Origin: Piromyces finnis finn
Lineage: Eukaryota; Fungi; Neocallimastigomycota
DNA length: 64,000 nt
Reading direction: 5' to 3'
NCBI GenBank assembly: GCA_002104945.1
Contig: MCFH01000002.1
Coordinates: forward strand, 1,897,625 to 1,961,624
Shown here: positions 32,083 to 43,136 of the stretch, in pieces
How positions within the stretch are numbered: position 1 is the stretch's first letter
How the letters are laid out: each line of letters opens with the position of its first letter
Position numbers and translations under genes: made by a program
Notes under the pieces: generated by a model
Told to the model about the DNA's origin: nothing
Database searches by the model: none
What the model saw: the letters and a program-made list of their open reading frames with translations, nothing else

Positions 32083-35000
32083 TTAGTGTTTTCTAATACT
32101 TTTATTGAATTGAATTAATAATTCTTGATATCTTGGGTCACTTTCTATTACTGTAGCAGGAACCCAGTGCCAACTTAGGCGGTGTTTATAACGAATTTTA
32201 TATTCGTAGCGTTTTTCTTTATAATTTGTCCTAAAGTCACCAATTTCTAAAATTTCTGCATTAGTTTCTTTATATTTAAATCTATTTTTAAATTTATCTG
32301 GCGTAGATACATAAGGTTCAAGTTCCGATATGTGAAATACAGGGTGGTGTTTTGGAAAAGGTGATTTTGAAATATCTATTTTATAATTACCATTGTTTAA
32401 AACTTCTAAAACCTTGTAAGGACCATACTTACGAGGCGCTAGTTTGGCATTTTCAGTAGTAGCAAAAGCAGGAGGTGCATGAATCCAAACTTTTTGTCCT
32501 TCATTCAATTCAGGAGCAATAATTCTTTTCTTATCGGCAGCTCTTTTGTATAAATCTTGAGATCTAAGCAAAACATCTTTAACTAAAAGGAAATTTTTAC
32601 TAACATCTTTAATGTATTTAAAGTTTGAATCAGAACCTTGAAACAAAAAGACATCATCCATAGGTGGGTGGAATCCATAATTAATGAAAAATGGAGTTTG
32701 TTTTGTAGATTCATGAACAGTATTATTATAAACAAATTCAGCTAGATGTAACCATTCAATCCAGTCATCGTGGAAAAATGTTCTTGAATAGCAACGTAAA
32801 TATTGTTCAATGAAAGAGTTACAACGTTCTACTTGACCAACGGTCTCATGGTGATCTGTGGTAGCTATTTTTGGCTTAACACGCAATTTTTCCATAATTT
32901 CTATCCATAAAGCACTAGTAAATTGTGTTCCTCTGTCCGTATAAATATCTGTAGGTAGTCCATGGAGTTTAAAAATATTTTTTAGGAAAGCTTTGGCAGT
33001 TTCTTCAGCTGTAGGTATTTCTTTGAACGGAATAAGGTGAATCATTTTTGAAAAGCGATCTACAACAACCATTATAACGGAAAACTTTTTTGATTCAGGG
33101 AGACCACAAAGAAAATCGATTTCAATAGATTTCCAAGGGCGATCAGGAATTTCTAAAGGTCTTAAAAGATCATATCTTTTATGTCTATTAACTTTATTTC
33201 TGGAACATTGTTCGCAAGAATTGACAAAATTTACGATATCTTGATGCATTTTGGGCCACCAAAAATTACGGTTAATTAGTTCTTCAGTTCTTCGAATACC
33301 TAAATGTCCAGCAGTAGCGTTATCATGGTACCTGGTTAAAATATCTACATGAAGTTTTTCTGGTACATAAATTAAATTATTATATAAAATTAAATTATTT
33401 TTTATTTTAAATTTTTCCATTTTTCTGAAAGGTCTGTAAAAGTAACCTTGATTAGCATTATTAGGACTAAAGTAAAGATAAATATTATTCGCATTTTCAT
33501 CATCCTTATAATTTTCTATTATTTGATCAATGAGAGAACCAACAATACCAACAAAACATGGAGTATCGGGAACGTTTTTATAATCTAATATATGTTCTGG
33601 TTTAGGTTCAACATTATTTTTCTCGTAATCAGGTCTTCTTGATAAACTATCAGGTTTACCATTTTTTCTTCCTTGGCGGTATATTAATTGAAAATTATAT
33701 TCTTGGAAAAATAAATGCCAACGATGTTGACGTTGGTTTCCGACTTTACCACCTAAGGTGTATAGAAGGTTTTTATGGTCAGTAAAAACGGTTACTTGGT
33801 ATTTAGCACCTAGTAATAAATGTCTCCAGGTAGAAAATGCACATTTTATAGCTAAAAGTTCCTTTTCAGTAATTGAATAATTTAATTCAGCATTGTTTAA
33901 ACATCTTGAATAATATGCTACAGGATGTAATTTGTTATCTTCATCCTTTTGAGAAAGTATACAACCAATGGCAAAATTACTAGCATCGCATTCGACAATA
34001 AATGGTTTGGTTGGATCTGGATGTAATAAAATAGGTGAAGAGATTAGTCTCTTTTTTAATTCTAAAAATGAGTTATTACATTTATCATTCCAATTAAAAC
34101 TAGTATTTTTCTTTGTTAAATTGTGAAGCGGTTTAGCAATAGTAGCAAAATCTTTTATAAATCTTCTATAATAGTTGCATAATCCAACAAAGCGTTGAAC
34201 ATCTTTTACACAATTAGGTGTAGGCCACTCTTGGACAGATTTAATTTTCTTTGGATCAGTAGATATACCATTGCCTGATATAACGTGTCCTAAAAATTCA
34301 ACTTCTGGCTTGTGAAATTCACATTTCTTTAATTTAGCAAATAAATTATTTTTGAGCAGTGTTTGGAGAACAGTACGAACATGTTGTATATGTTCATCTA
34401 ATGTTTCCGAGTAAATCAGAATATCATCTAAATATAAAATAACAAATTTTTCTAAATAAGGGCGTAATACTGAATTAATAAATGATTGAAATGTAGCAGG
34501 GGCATTTCTTAGACCAAAAGGCATTACTAAATATTCATAGTGACCATATTTAGTTCTAAAAGCTGTCTTATATTCGTCTCCTTCACGAATACGCACTAAA
34601 TTGTAAGCAGAACGAAGATCTAATTTTGAAAAAAATTTAGCACCTTTCACTCTTTCGATAATATCAGTAATTAGAGGAAGTGGGTAAGAATTGCGAATTG
34701 TAACTGCATTTAATTTTTTGTAATCAATACAAAGACGTAACGATCCATCCTTCTTTTTCTGAAATAAAACAGGATAACCAGCTGGAGATTCAGATGGTCT
34801 AATGAATCCTTTCTTGAGATTTTCATCTATGTATTCTTTAAGAACTTGGGATTCATCTTCAGATAGAGGATATATAGGACCATAATGTAAAGAAGCATCT
34901 TTTTGTAAAACGATTTTACAATCCGTTAGCCTATGTGGTGGTAGTTTATCAGCCTTAACCTTGCTGAAAACTTCCGCTAAATCACGATATGGTTCTGGTA

Positions 35001-35784
35001 CTTCTTCTAATTTGAAGTCTTCTTCATTATCATCTTCATCATCAGTATTATAATCTTTTTCACTATTAGCTAAAAATGAGTGAATAAAGTAATTATAGCT
35101 GAAATTTTGATATTTTGGTTTAGAGTAATTTTTCAAATTATTAAAAGATGTATTGGAAGTTAATTTATTATGATTAATGGTTTTAATTTTTAAATTTTTG
35201 GATTTATTCAATCGGTTTTTATTAATTTTATATATAATTTTATTAGAATTTAATTTTTTAAAATTGTTAAAATTTAAACTTGAATATACAAAATTTTTAT
35301 TATAATTAAAATGTAGTTGATATTTGTGTAAAAATTTATTGCCTAATAACAAATCTGTTGGAAGATTTTTAATAATTAGAAATTTTTCTTTAAAAGTAAT
35401 TAAAAATTTTGAATGATTAATATAGATAGTAGTCTTAAAATATAAGAAGGTGTATGTATCAATAAATATTGAACCACTAATTCCATTTATTTCAATTGAG
35501 TGTAATAATTTGTGTGGTTTTAGTTTTAATTTATTGACCAAGTTGATTGAAATAAAGTTGCAATATGAGCCACTATCTAAAATTAAATTGTATTGATTTT
35601 TATTAATTGAATTTTTTAAATCATAAAGTTTGTTTAATTTAATTGGGATAAAAAATTTTAAGTTGAAAAATGTTGTAGGCAATTTTTTATTTATTTTAGA
35701 GTCATATGTAGGAAAGTTGTAATGTATTATTTTTGTATTATGAACTCTCTTAGACTCTCTTGAGAGTTCATTTCTTAGTTTTTT
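32083..35784 (-). CDS. pol: Pol of element H (PR, RT, RNase H, integrase, divergent chromodomain), -1 frame
   Basis: Motifs are ILDSGS, YLDDILI, ECDAS, HDNATAGHLG, YGPY and RYEYKIRYKHRLSWHWVP. The frame is open from the slippery site through the TTG at 35682. Confidence 0.95.
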   Translation of the reverse strand, partial: KKLRNELSRESKRVHNTKIIHYNFPTYDSKINKKLPTTFFNLKFFIPIKLNKLYDLKNSINKNQYNLILDSGSYCNFISINLVNKLKLKPHKLLHSIEINGISGSIFIDTYTFLYFKTTIYINHSKFLITFKEKFLIIKNLPTDLLLGNKFLHKYQLHFNYNKNFVYSSLNFNNFKKLNSNKIIYKINKNRLNKSKNLKIKTINHNKLTSNTSFNNLKNYSKPKYQNFSYNYFIHSFLANSEKDYNTDDEDDNEEDFKLEEVPEPYRDLAEVFSKVKADKLPPHRLTDCKIVLQKDASLHYGPIYPLSEDESQVLKEYIDENLKKGFIRPSESPAGYPVLFQKKKDGSLRLCIDYKKLNAVTIRNSYPLPLITDIIERVKGAKFFSKLDLRSAYNLVRIREGDEYKTAFRTKYGHYEYLVMPFGLRNAPATFQSFINSVLRPYLEKFVILYLDDILIYSETLDEHIQHVRTVLQTLLKNNLFAKLKKCEFHKPEVEFLGHVISGNGISTDPKKIKSVQEWPTPNCVKDVQRFVGLCNYYRRFIKDFATIAKPLHNLTKKNTSFNWNDKCNNSFLELKKRLISSPILLHPDPTKPFIVECDASNFAIGCILSQKDEDNKLHPVAYYSRCLNNAELNYSITEKELLAIKCAFSTWRHLLLGAKYQVTVFTDHKNLLYTLGGKVGNQRQHRWHLFFQEYNFQLIYRQGRKNGKPDSLSRRPDYEKNNVEPKPEHILDYKNVPDTPCFVGIVGSLIDQIIENYKDDENANNIYLYFSPNNANQGYFYRPFRKMEKFKIKNNLILYNNLIYVPEKLHVDILTRYHDNATAGHLGIRRTEELINRNFWWPKMHQDIVNFVNSCEQCSRNKVNRHKRYDLLRPLEIPDRPWKSIEIDFLCGLPESKKFSVIMVVVDRFSKMIHLIPFKEIPTAEETAKAFLKNIFKLHGLPTDIYTDRGTQFTSALWIEIMEKLRVKPKIATTDHHETVGQVERCNSFIEQYLRCYSRTFFHDDWIEWLHLAEFVYNNTVHESTKQTPFFINYGFHPPMDDVFLFQGSDSNFKYIKDVSKNFLLVKDVLLRSQDLYKRAADKKRIIAPELNEGQKVWIHAPPAFATTENAKLAPRKYGPYKVLEVLNNGNYKIDISKSPFPKHHPVFHISELEPYVSTPDKFKNRFKYKETNAEILEIGDFRTNYKEKRYEYKIRYKHRLSWHWVPATVIESDPRYQELLIQFNKSIRKH
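35742..35784 (-). promoter_or_regulatory. Predicted -1 frameshift signal of element H
   Basis: A AAA AAC (35784-35778) precedes the stop, followed by an 8-nt spacer and the hairpin GAACTCTC..GAGAGTTC. Confidence 0.85.
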
Positions 35785-36683
35785 GAGTTCATTTTTTGAA
35801 CTTTATTGACATAATTATTATTATTGTTTGAATTTTGATAATGGGTTTTATTCTTATTGAATTTCCTATTGTTTCTCTTATTGTAATGTTGATTTTTATT
35901 ATTATTATTATTGATATTTAATTTATTATTAGTAGCAAGAGAATTTTCAAAAATTATACACTTTGTAACCATTTCACTTAAAGTGTTAGGTAAAATATCA
36001 GCTTTCTTAATTTCATTCTTATATTTTGGATGTAAACCATTTAAAAATATTAGTGAAAGACTAATGTCATCTATCTCTAAACAACGACTTAAATCTCTAA
36101 ATTTGTTAATATAATCGTTCACTTTTCCATAAGCTTGTCTTAATTCTATTAATTGAATCATGGCTAATTTGGTACTGGTAACATTTGAAAAAGCTTTGTT
36201 TAATTCACTTAATAGTTCGTTCATAGTCATAGGAGTAATACCATCTTTATATTTAATATGATACCAAGTTCTGGCAGAATCACGTAATCTAACAACAACA
36301 AAGTTAATTTTTACTTCTTCAGATAGTTGATTGTTAGGTGGAGTTTTAAAGGTAGCTTGGCAGAGTTCGCAGAATAACTCAGTCTGAGTAGTATCACCAG
36401 TAAAGAATCCTGGATCTGGTACTTGTTTGATAGGATAGGTTCTATTACGCATTATAACATCATGATCTTCATCATAATCGGTAGAAGATTCCTCGGTTTC
36501 AGTATAATTAGCACGACTCTTAAGTTCCTTTAACATAGCATCCATACGTTCTAACAAGGAGGTGGTATTTTTATCCAATTGTTGAGTGATATACTTGTCT
36601 AATTCACCACAAAGATTTTTCTTAAATTCTTCTAAATCTTGAGGCTTTAGGAATTGTTGAACTGGTTTAGGTGTTGGTTGAGT

Positions 36684-36686
<3 letters not shown>
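35775..36686 (-). CDS. gag: Gag of element H
   Basis: It contains QVPDPGFFTG, RLRDSARTWY and IFLNGLHPKY, and is homologous to F Gag. Confidence 0.92.
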
Positions 36687-36729
<43 letters not shown>

Positions 36730-36770
36730 AAATTAAGTTTTTTCCTAAGGTAGTTATGGTAAAAAACGCG

Positions 36771-36781
36771 GTAAAGATTAT
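36771..36781 (-). promoter_or_regulatory. Self-priming PBS of element H (ATAATCTTTAC)
   Basis: Its complement lies inside the LTR at 37014-37024. Confidence 0.85.
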
Positions 36782-37812
36782 TGTAAAAGTTTTACTAAAC
36801 TTATAATTTAATATTAAAATATTAAATTAAATAAAAGGTTAAAAGATAACTAGGTTAGAAAAAAAATGTTTTATTAAAATAATCTTAATTGATTTATAAA
36901 TGAATAATTAAATTATGTATTATAGTTAAAATAATTCCTTTTTATTTTATTTAAAGAATATATATAATAATAAGATTATTTAATAGTAATACTTATTAAG
37001 TATTAATAAGATAATAATCTTTACAAAGATTTAATTCATAAAACTATTCTAAACTATTTATACTATTTATAATTTTACATTTAATACTAAAATAACTTTT
37101 TAGTACATGATTATATTCATAATATATTTTATAATACTAAGGCTAAACTTAAGACTTACTACTAATTATTAAAAATAACTATTGTTTATATATTTATAAT
37201 ATTAATTATTTCTTAATTATAATATAATTCATTGAATATAATATTAATAATTATAATCTTTTAATTCAAAGATTATAAATTATGTTATTGAAATAATTAT
37301 TATAAAATAAAGTTAATTAGTTCCGGAAAATAATTTTAATTTAATTAAACAATAATTTTTTATACTTTGAGTGAATGATTTATGTTTGATATATCAGGGG
37401 TGATCATTCTCTGAATAAACAATTAATCATTGCTAACAAAATATCTTTAAATTGGAATATCTCGTGAACCAGCAGAGATATTGACATGATTTTAAGATAT
37501 GTTGTTTGTCTCGAGCGTGGCTTTCTAACGAACTTAATTATAACCAAAATATTTTTATTCAAAAATCGTCATTCGTTGAGGAGATACGCGTGTTTTTTCT
37601 TATTCCATTTTAACGATAAGGGTTAAAGTTATTTATTATAAAAATTATTAAGGGTTAAGGTCATATTTTAACCTTTTCTAAATTTTTAAATATTTCTTAA
37701 TAAAATTTTATAATTTATTTGAAAATAAAATATTTGTTGATTTTGAATTTTCATAAGTGATTTCACAATTCCAAGTGATCTTGAAATTGTAATTTCACTA
37801 GTATTCGTGACA
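36782..37812 (-). repeat. 5' LTR of element H (1031 bp)
   Basis: It is homologous to 30128-31161 with several substitutions and small indels. Confidence 0.95.
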
Positions 37813-37848
37813 ATTAAATACATTATTCTATTAATACAATATTTTACA
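37813..37848 (-). repeat. First 36 bp of a Y-type LTR, abutting a split G-type PPT (aggaggacca, 37849-37858)
   Basis: Its reverse complement matches the start of 52464 and of 13133. Confidence 0.7.
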
Positions 37849-37866
37849 AGGAGGACCATGTAATGA

Positions 37867-38732
37867 TGTAAGAAATAATAATTATTTGATACATAATTAA
37901 TATTTCTTAGTTAAAATCATTAATTATTAATCATTAATTAATGTTAATAATATTAGTCTATTTAAATAATTATTCTCATTTAAATTTATTTTAATTATTT
38001 ATTTTCACTTAATTTTAATATCTTAAATTACATTTAACCATTTAATTATATTATTCATTAATATTTTATTTAATATTTTTATTAATTATATTTATGCATT
38101 TAACTAATTAATTTAATTAATTACTTTTATTTAACTTTATATTTTTATTAATTATATTTATTCATTTAATTAATTAATTTAATTAATTACTTTTATTTAA
38201 CTTTATATTTTTATCAAATATATTTAATTATTTATTTAATTAATTACTTTAAAATAATTATTCATTGTTTAGGAATCGATATTTTAAGGTTTTTTCCAAT
38301 TTCTAAAATAATTGGTTTTACTTAAAATATACGATGATCAATATGTATAGAATGTTGATCGAACTTTGTTTAGGTTTTTCTTCTAATCTTTTCCTAAACA
38401 AAAAATTATTTTGTTAAGATTAGATAAAATTTTAATTTAAACTTTAAATTTATTAAATAATATAAATAAAGACTCTTGATTCCCTTCTAAGAAATCAAGA
38501 GTTATTATTATAAGAAACAAATTATAATAATAAAAGCGTTTTTAATTTTATTTTACTTAACTTAGTTATAATAAAACATATTAACTTATTAAAGTGTAAA
38601 ATTATTTTTACTCTTATAATAAACTCGAACTTAAAGATAAGTATTAATATTTATTTTCTTTTTATTCTCAATTTATCAATAAATTGTAGTTAATAATTCT
38701 ATTATATAATAATTTATAATGGAATTATTACA
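37867..38732 (+). repeat. 5' LTR of element J
   Basis: It runs tgtaagaaataata...ggaattattaca. Confidence 0.97.
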
Positions 38733-38744
38733 ATAATAACTCTT
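38733..38744 (+). promoter_or_regulatory. Self-priming PBS of element J (ATAATAACTCTT)
   Basis: A 12-nt complement, AAGAGTTATTAT, lies at 38497-38508. Confidence 0.85.
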
Positions 38745-38756
38745 CTTCTCAGAGGA

Positions 38757-38880
38757 AATAATAAATAATAAATAATAAATAATAAATAATAAATAATAAA
38801 TAATAAATAATAAATAATAAATAATAAATAATAAATAATAAATAATAAATAATAAATAATAAATAATAAATAAGAAATAA
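38757..38880 (+). repeat. (AAATAAT)n heptamer microsatellite in the J leader
   Basis: About 16-17 perfect 7-bp units are seen directly. Confidence 0.95.
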
Positions 38881-39059
38881 GAAATAAGAAATAATAAATA
38901 ATAATTATAATAATTATAATAATAAAGAATAAAATAATCAAGTGACATTTAAGAAATAGATAGAAATAAAATAAACTAATAATTACATATATAATAGTTA
39001 GTTAGCTTAAATATACTAATATATCTTTACTGTAAATATTTTGTAAAAAGATATAAATC

Positions 39060-42000
39060 ATGCAAAACAATAATTTAGGCCAAGACGGCACATCTAATGA
39101 AGCTGAAGAAAACCATGATGTTTTCCATGATCAAAATGCTGCAAAACTCATTACTGCTATTACTGACTTCATTCCTGCATTCTTTTCCCCTAATGGCGTA
39201 CTTCTCAAGGAAAGCGAGGCTAAGAATCCCTTAAATATTTTGGAAACTTTAATACAAAGTGAAGATTTTTTTAGGGAACATCCAGGGTCGTTTGCTAATG
39301 ATGAAACTAAGAACTCATTTATTATTAACAAATTGACCGGGACTGCAAGAAGATGGGGTCTCTCTCTCTTAACCGATGGAACCCTTAAGAAACTTAACTT
39401 TGAGGAATTTAAGAATCTACTTTTGGAAAACTTTGATGCAGGCAGTGAAAGAAAACAGAAATATATGATCATGGAGAAACTTTGGAAACTTAAACAGCTT
39501 GAATTAGGAAATGTTGCCGAATTTACCATTGAGTTCCGTAGGCTAGCTGGACGCCTGGGATGGCCGGATGACGTACTGATCGACATAATTGGAAAGGGAC
39601 TTCTGGATAAAGTTCGTGATGAGTTTGATAAACTTGAAAAGCCAAAGTCCTTGTTCGAAGCCACAAATATAATAATTGGAATAGATAAAAAATGCCACTT
39701 GGAAAGCCGCTTAAGAGGTAAATCAAGGAACCACCGCTCAAGAAACAATAAATCCTTTCAGAAGAAGAGAAGAGAACTTACGAAGTTAGAAAACAAGGAA
39801 AAATATCTTCATAATAAGAAGAATAATTTTAAAAATGATATCCTTTCTGCTAATTATACTCCGAATAGTAAGACATCTATTACTACCACTTTTTACTTGG
39901 GTGTTAAAGGAAGAAATATTAAAATAAATCTTTTAATTGATTCTGGTTCAGCCAGAAGCTTCATTTGCAAAAATTTTGCAAATTCAAATAAATTATCTAC
40001 TTCGGGTCTCTCTTCACCAATTAACATTCAGCTCCCGAATGGTAAAAGTATGGTTATTAAACTCACTACAAAACCACTGAAACTAAAGTTCTTAGACCAC
40101 ACAGAAACCTTTGAGTTTTGTATTGCTAATTTATCACTTCAAGGAATCAATGGAATTCTTGGAAGAGATTGGTTATCAATACATAATCCGTTCATTGACT
40201 TTAAAACTAACAAGATATTCTTCTTAGGAAAGTATTGTGGAACTCATTGCCCTTCTTCTAGAAAGCATAAAATTTCCGATCAAAGCCTTGACATCACAGC
40301 TTCGATGATAAACAAACACAAGTCTAACACTCATTTAGATTCAATAATCCCTGAAATGATGTCAGAAGATGATCTCATAGACACCAACATTTGTGCTGCC
40401 ATGTTAGAAGAAGATTTATCTGAAGATAACCAGGAAAAAGAAGAAATCATTAGGAAGTATTATTCTGATCTCAGAATAGTATTTGGGAAAAAGGAATCGG
40501 AGAAGTTACCACCCCATCGGGAATATGATATCTCTATTGATACCATTCCTGGCGGTCAATTGTATTTCGGACCAATCTACTCTTTGACAGTTCCAGAAAT
40601 GAAAGCATTAAAGGATTACATTCAAGACAATTTAAGGAAGAATTTTATTAGGAAATCAAAATCACCAGCAGGCGCTCCTGTCCTTTTTGTAAAGAAACAT
40701 GATGGCTCTCTTAGACTCTGCGTCGACTATCGGCGTTTGAATGCTATTACAATTCGAAATAGTTACCCGATACCCAGAATAAGCGACTTAGTTGAATCAT
40801 TTAAAGGTGCTAAGATATTTACTCGTTTAGATCTTAGATCCGCTTACAATCTTGTACGGATCAAAGAAGGCCATGAATATCTTACTGCGTTCAGAACTCC
40901 ATTAGGGCATTTTGAATATTTAGTTATGCCCTTTGGACTTCGAAATGCACCTTCTGTCTTCCAACGATTCATTCAAGATACACTTAGTGACACTATAGGC
41001 ATTTTCGTTCAAGTATACCTTGACGATATCATAATTTATTCCAATTCTTTAAGTGAGCATATAGACCATGTAAGAATAGTTCTTAAACTGCTCATCAACA
41101 ATGGGTTATATGCTAAACTTGAAAAGTGTGATTTCCATGTCACGGAAACAACTTTTCTTGGCTTTACAGTTTCGATAAATGGATTGCTTATGGATAAAGA
41201 CAAGGTTAAATCTGTTATTGAATGGCCAACCCCTAAAAATAAAAAAGAGCTACAAAGCTTTTTAGGCCTTTGCAATTTCTATAGGAAATTCATTAAAGAT
41301 TTTGCAAAAAATATGGAACCTCTTCGAACATTATTAAAAAAGGACAATGATTTTATATGGAATGAAGATACAGAAATTGCATTTAATAAAATGAAAGAGT
41401 CTTTTAAAGTTGGGGAAATATTAATATTCCCTGATCCAGAGAAAGAATTTATCGTCGAAGCTGATGCAAGTGATTTCGCAGTCGGATGTGTTCTTTCTCA
41501 AATCAGTAGTTCAGATAATTGTCTTCATCCAGTTGCTTTTCACTCTAGGTCCCTCAATAAAGCCGAAGTTAATTATACAATTTATGACAAAGAACTTCTG
41601 GCAATCATTACTGCTTTTGATACCTGGAGGCATCACTTAGAAGGCTCCAAATATCCTGTACAAATTATTACAGATCACAAAAATTTGTTATACTTCAAGA
41701 AACCCCAACACTTGAACCAAAGACAAATTCGTTGGAGTCTCTTCCTTTCCAAGTTTGACTTTAGGATCTCATATAGATCGGGTGCAAGTAGTGGTAAGCC
41801 CGATGCCTTATCAAGACGACCCGACTATAAAGATAGTATCAAAACAAAGCCTGATATTGTTATAAAAGATAAGCTTTTTTGTTGTTCCATGAATGAAAAT
41901 ATTGACAAATTAATAAATGCTCAAAAAGCTGATAAATATTGTCAGGATATTTTTTCCAAAGTCAAGATCAATTCGAAGGATATTAAAAGTTCTTTATTCA

Positions 42001-43124
42001 GTATCGTCGATGGCGTTTTACACTTTCAAAAACGTATTATTGTGCCATCAACAATCAAGGCAAGGATTCTTAAATCCTTTCACGATTCACCCATTAGTGG
42101 CCACCAGGGGGTAGATAGGACTTTCGAAAAACTTAGAAGGTACTACTGGTGGCCTAATATGAAAAAGGATATTACGAATTATGTCCTCTCGTGCGATGTC
42201 TGTAGTAGAAGTAAAATTCGCAGACATAAACCCTATGGTAAGTTAATACCGCTTCCTATCCCTACAAAACCCTGGGAAGTTATAGGTGTCGATTTTATTG
42301 TTGCTCTGCCTCCTTCTCAAGACTGCACTTGCATAATGGTTGTCTCAGACCATTTAACCAAGATGGTCCATTTAGTGCCTTGTACCGACGTTCCTTCTGC
42401 CGAACTCACTGCTAAGCTCCTTCTTTCTCAAGTCTTCAGGTATCATGGTTTCCCCAAAGTTATAATTTCGGATCATGGTTCACAATTCTCTTCCCAATTC
42501 TGGACCTCATTATGTTTGGCAATTCGTGCAAAACCACATTTAGCTACTGCGCACCACCAGCAATCTAACGGTCAAGTTGAACGTGCGAACGCTGTAATTG
42601 AACAATATCTTAGATGTTATTGTTCCTCGGCTCAAAACGAATGGTGTTATTATATTCCACTCTGTGAAATATCTTATAATAATTCGGTAAACAAGTCTAT
42701 AGGTCAAACACCCTTTCATGCTAATTTTGGATTCCATCCTAATTGCATTCTAGACTCTCCTCCAACACTTTTAAAAGATAATGCTTCAGTTCTTACAAGA
42801 GACTGGGCATCACATTTTGAAACTCTCCGTCAACATTTGGTAAAAGCCAAAGAGGATTTTAAAAAATATAGTGATAGCAGGAAATCAATTGGCCCCTCTT
42901 TCCAGGTTAACGATTTAGTGATGTTAAGAAGATATTATTTCACTAATGAACCAGCTAAGAAACTGTCAACACAATACTTAGGTCCTTTTAAAGTCATAGA
43001 AAAGAGGGAAAGAATGAACTACCGTCTAGAATTACCGGAAACTTTACACCTACATCCGGTATTTCATATTTCACAATTGGAACCATATACCAAAAGAAAT
43101 GAAGACTTAATAGATTCCTCATAA
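39060..43124 (+). CDS. gag-pol: Intact single-ORF Gag-Pol of element J, 1354 aa (no CCHC knuckle, ends after GPY/F)
   Basis: Motifs are LIDSGS, YLDDIII, EADAS, HDSPISGHQG..C..C and YLGPFK..HPVFHISQLEPY; no chromodomain is present. Confidence 0.97.
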   Translation: MQNNNLGQDGTSNEAEENHDVFHDQNAAKLITAITDFIPAFFSPNGVLLKESEAKNPLNILETLIQSEDFFREHPGSFANDETKNSFIINKLTGTARRWGLSLLTDGTLKKLNFEEFKNLLLENFDAGSERKQKYMIMEKLWKLKQLELGNVAEFTIEFRRLAGRLGWPDDVLIDIIGKGLLDKVRDEFDKLEKPKSLFEATNIIIGIDKKCHLESRLRGKSRNHRSRNNKSFQKKRRELTKLENKEKYLHNKKNNFKNDILSANYTPNSKTSITTTFYLGVKGRNIKINLLIDSGSARSFICKNFANSNKLSTSGLSSPINIQLPNGKSMVIKLTTKPLKLKFLDHTETFEFCIANLSLQGINGILGRDWLSIHNPFIDFKTNKIFFLGKYCGTHCPSSRKHKISDQSLDITASMINKHKSNTHLDSIIPEMMSEDDLIDTNICAAMLEEDLSEDNQEKEEIIRKYYSDLRIVFGKKESEKLPPHREYDISIDTIPGGQLYFGPIYSLTVPEMKALKDYIQDNLRKNFIRKSKSPAGAPVLFVKKHDGSLRLCVDYRRLNAITIRNSYPIPRISDLVESFKGAKIFTRLDLRSAYNLVRIKEGHEYLTAFRTPLGHFEYLVMPFGLRNAPSVFQRFIQDTLSDTIGIFVQVYLDDIIIYSNSLSEHIDHVRIVLKLLINNGLYAKLEKCDFHVTETTFLGFTVSINGLLMDKDKVKSVIEWPTPKNKKELQSFLGLCNFYRKFIKDFAKNMEPLRTLLKKDNDFIWNEDTEIAFNKMKESFKVGEILIFPDPEKEFIVEADASDFAVGCVLSQISSSDNCLHPVAFHSRSLNKAEVNYTIYDKELLAIITAFDTWRHHLEGSKYPVQIITDHKNLLYFKKPQHLNQRQIRWSLFLSKFDFRISYRSGASSGKPDALSRRPDYKDSIKTKPDIVIKDKLFCCSMNENIDKLINAQKADKYCQDIFSKVKINSKDIKSSLFSIVDGVLHFQKRIIVPSTIKARILKSFHDSPISGHQGVDRTFEKLRRYYWWPNMKKDITNYVLSCDVCSRSKIRRHKPYGKLIPLPIPTKPWEVIGVDFIVALPPSQDCTCIMVVSDHLTKMVHLVPCTDVPSAELTAKLLLSQVFRYHGFPKVIISDHGSQFSSQFWTSLCLAIRAKPHLATAHHQQSNGQVERANAVIEQYLRCYCSSAQNEWCYYIPLCEISYNNSVNKSIGQTPFHANFGFHPNCILDSPPTLLKDNASVLTRDWASHFETLRQHLVKAKEDFKKYSDSRKSIGPSFQVNDLVMLRRYYFTNEPAKKLSTQYLGPFKVIEKRERMNYRLELPETLHLHPVFHISQLEPYTKRNEDLIDSS

Positions 43125-43136
43125 TAAACGGAGCAA

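Larger units (their letters stand above)
30128..37812 (-). mobile_element. Full-length chromovirus element H; flanks do not form a TSD and the two LTRs differ
   Basis: LTRs are at 30128-31161 and 36782-37812, with PBS, gag, pol and PPT ggcggagcga. Flanks are TGGTT and ATTAA. Confidence 0.93.

Noticed and set aside
36687-36721. Poly(T) and other homopolymers (also ~13210 and ~56325-56350) as LINE/SINE poly(A) tails
   Set aside because: There is no associated non-LTR body or TSD. They lie within LTR-element leaders or UTRs.
38676-38948. ORFs with (IIYYLLF)n
   Set aside because: They are artefacts of the heptamer microsatellite.
39131-39748. 205-aa antisense ORF over J gag, and other short antisense or alternative-frame ORFs over gag-pol genes
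   Set aside because: These are shadow ORFs with no motifs, and they are not conserved between related elements.
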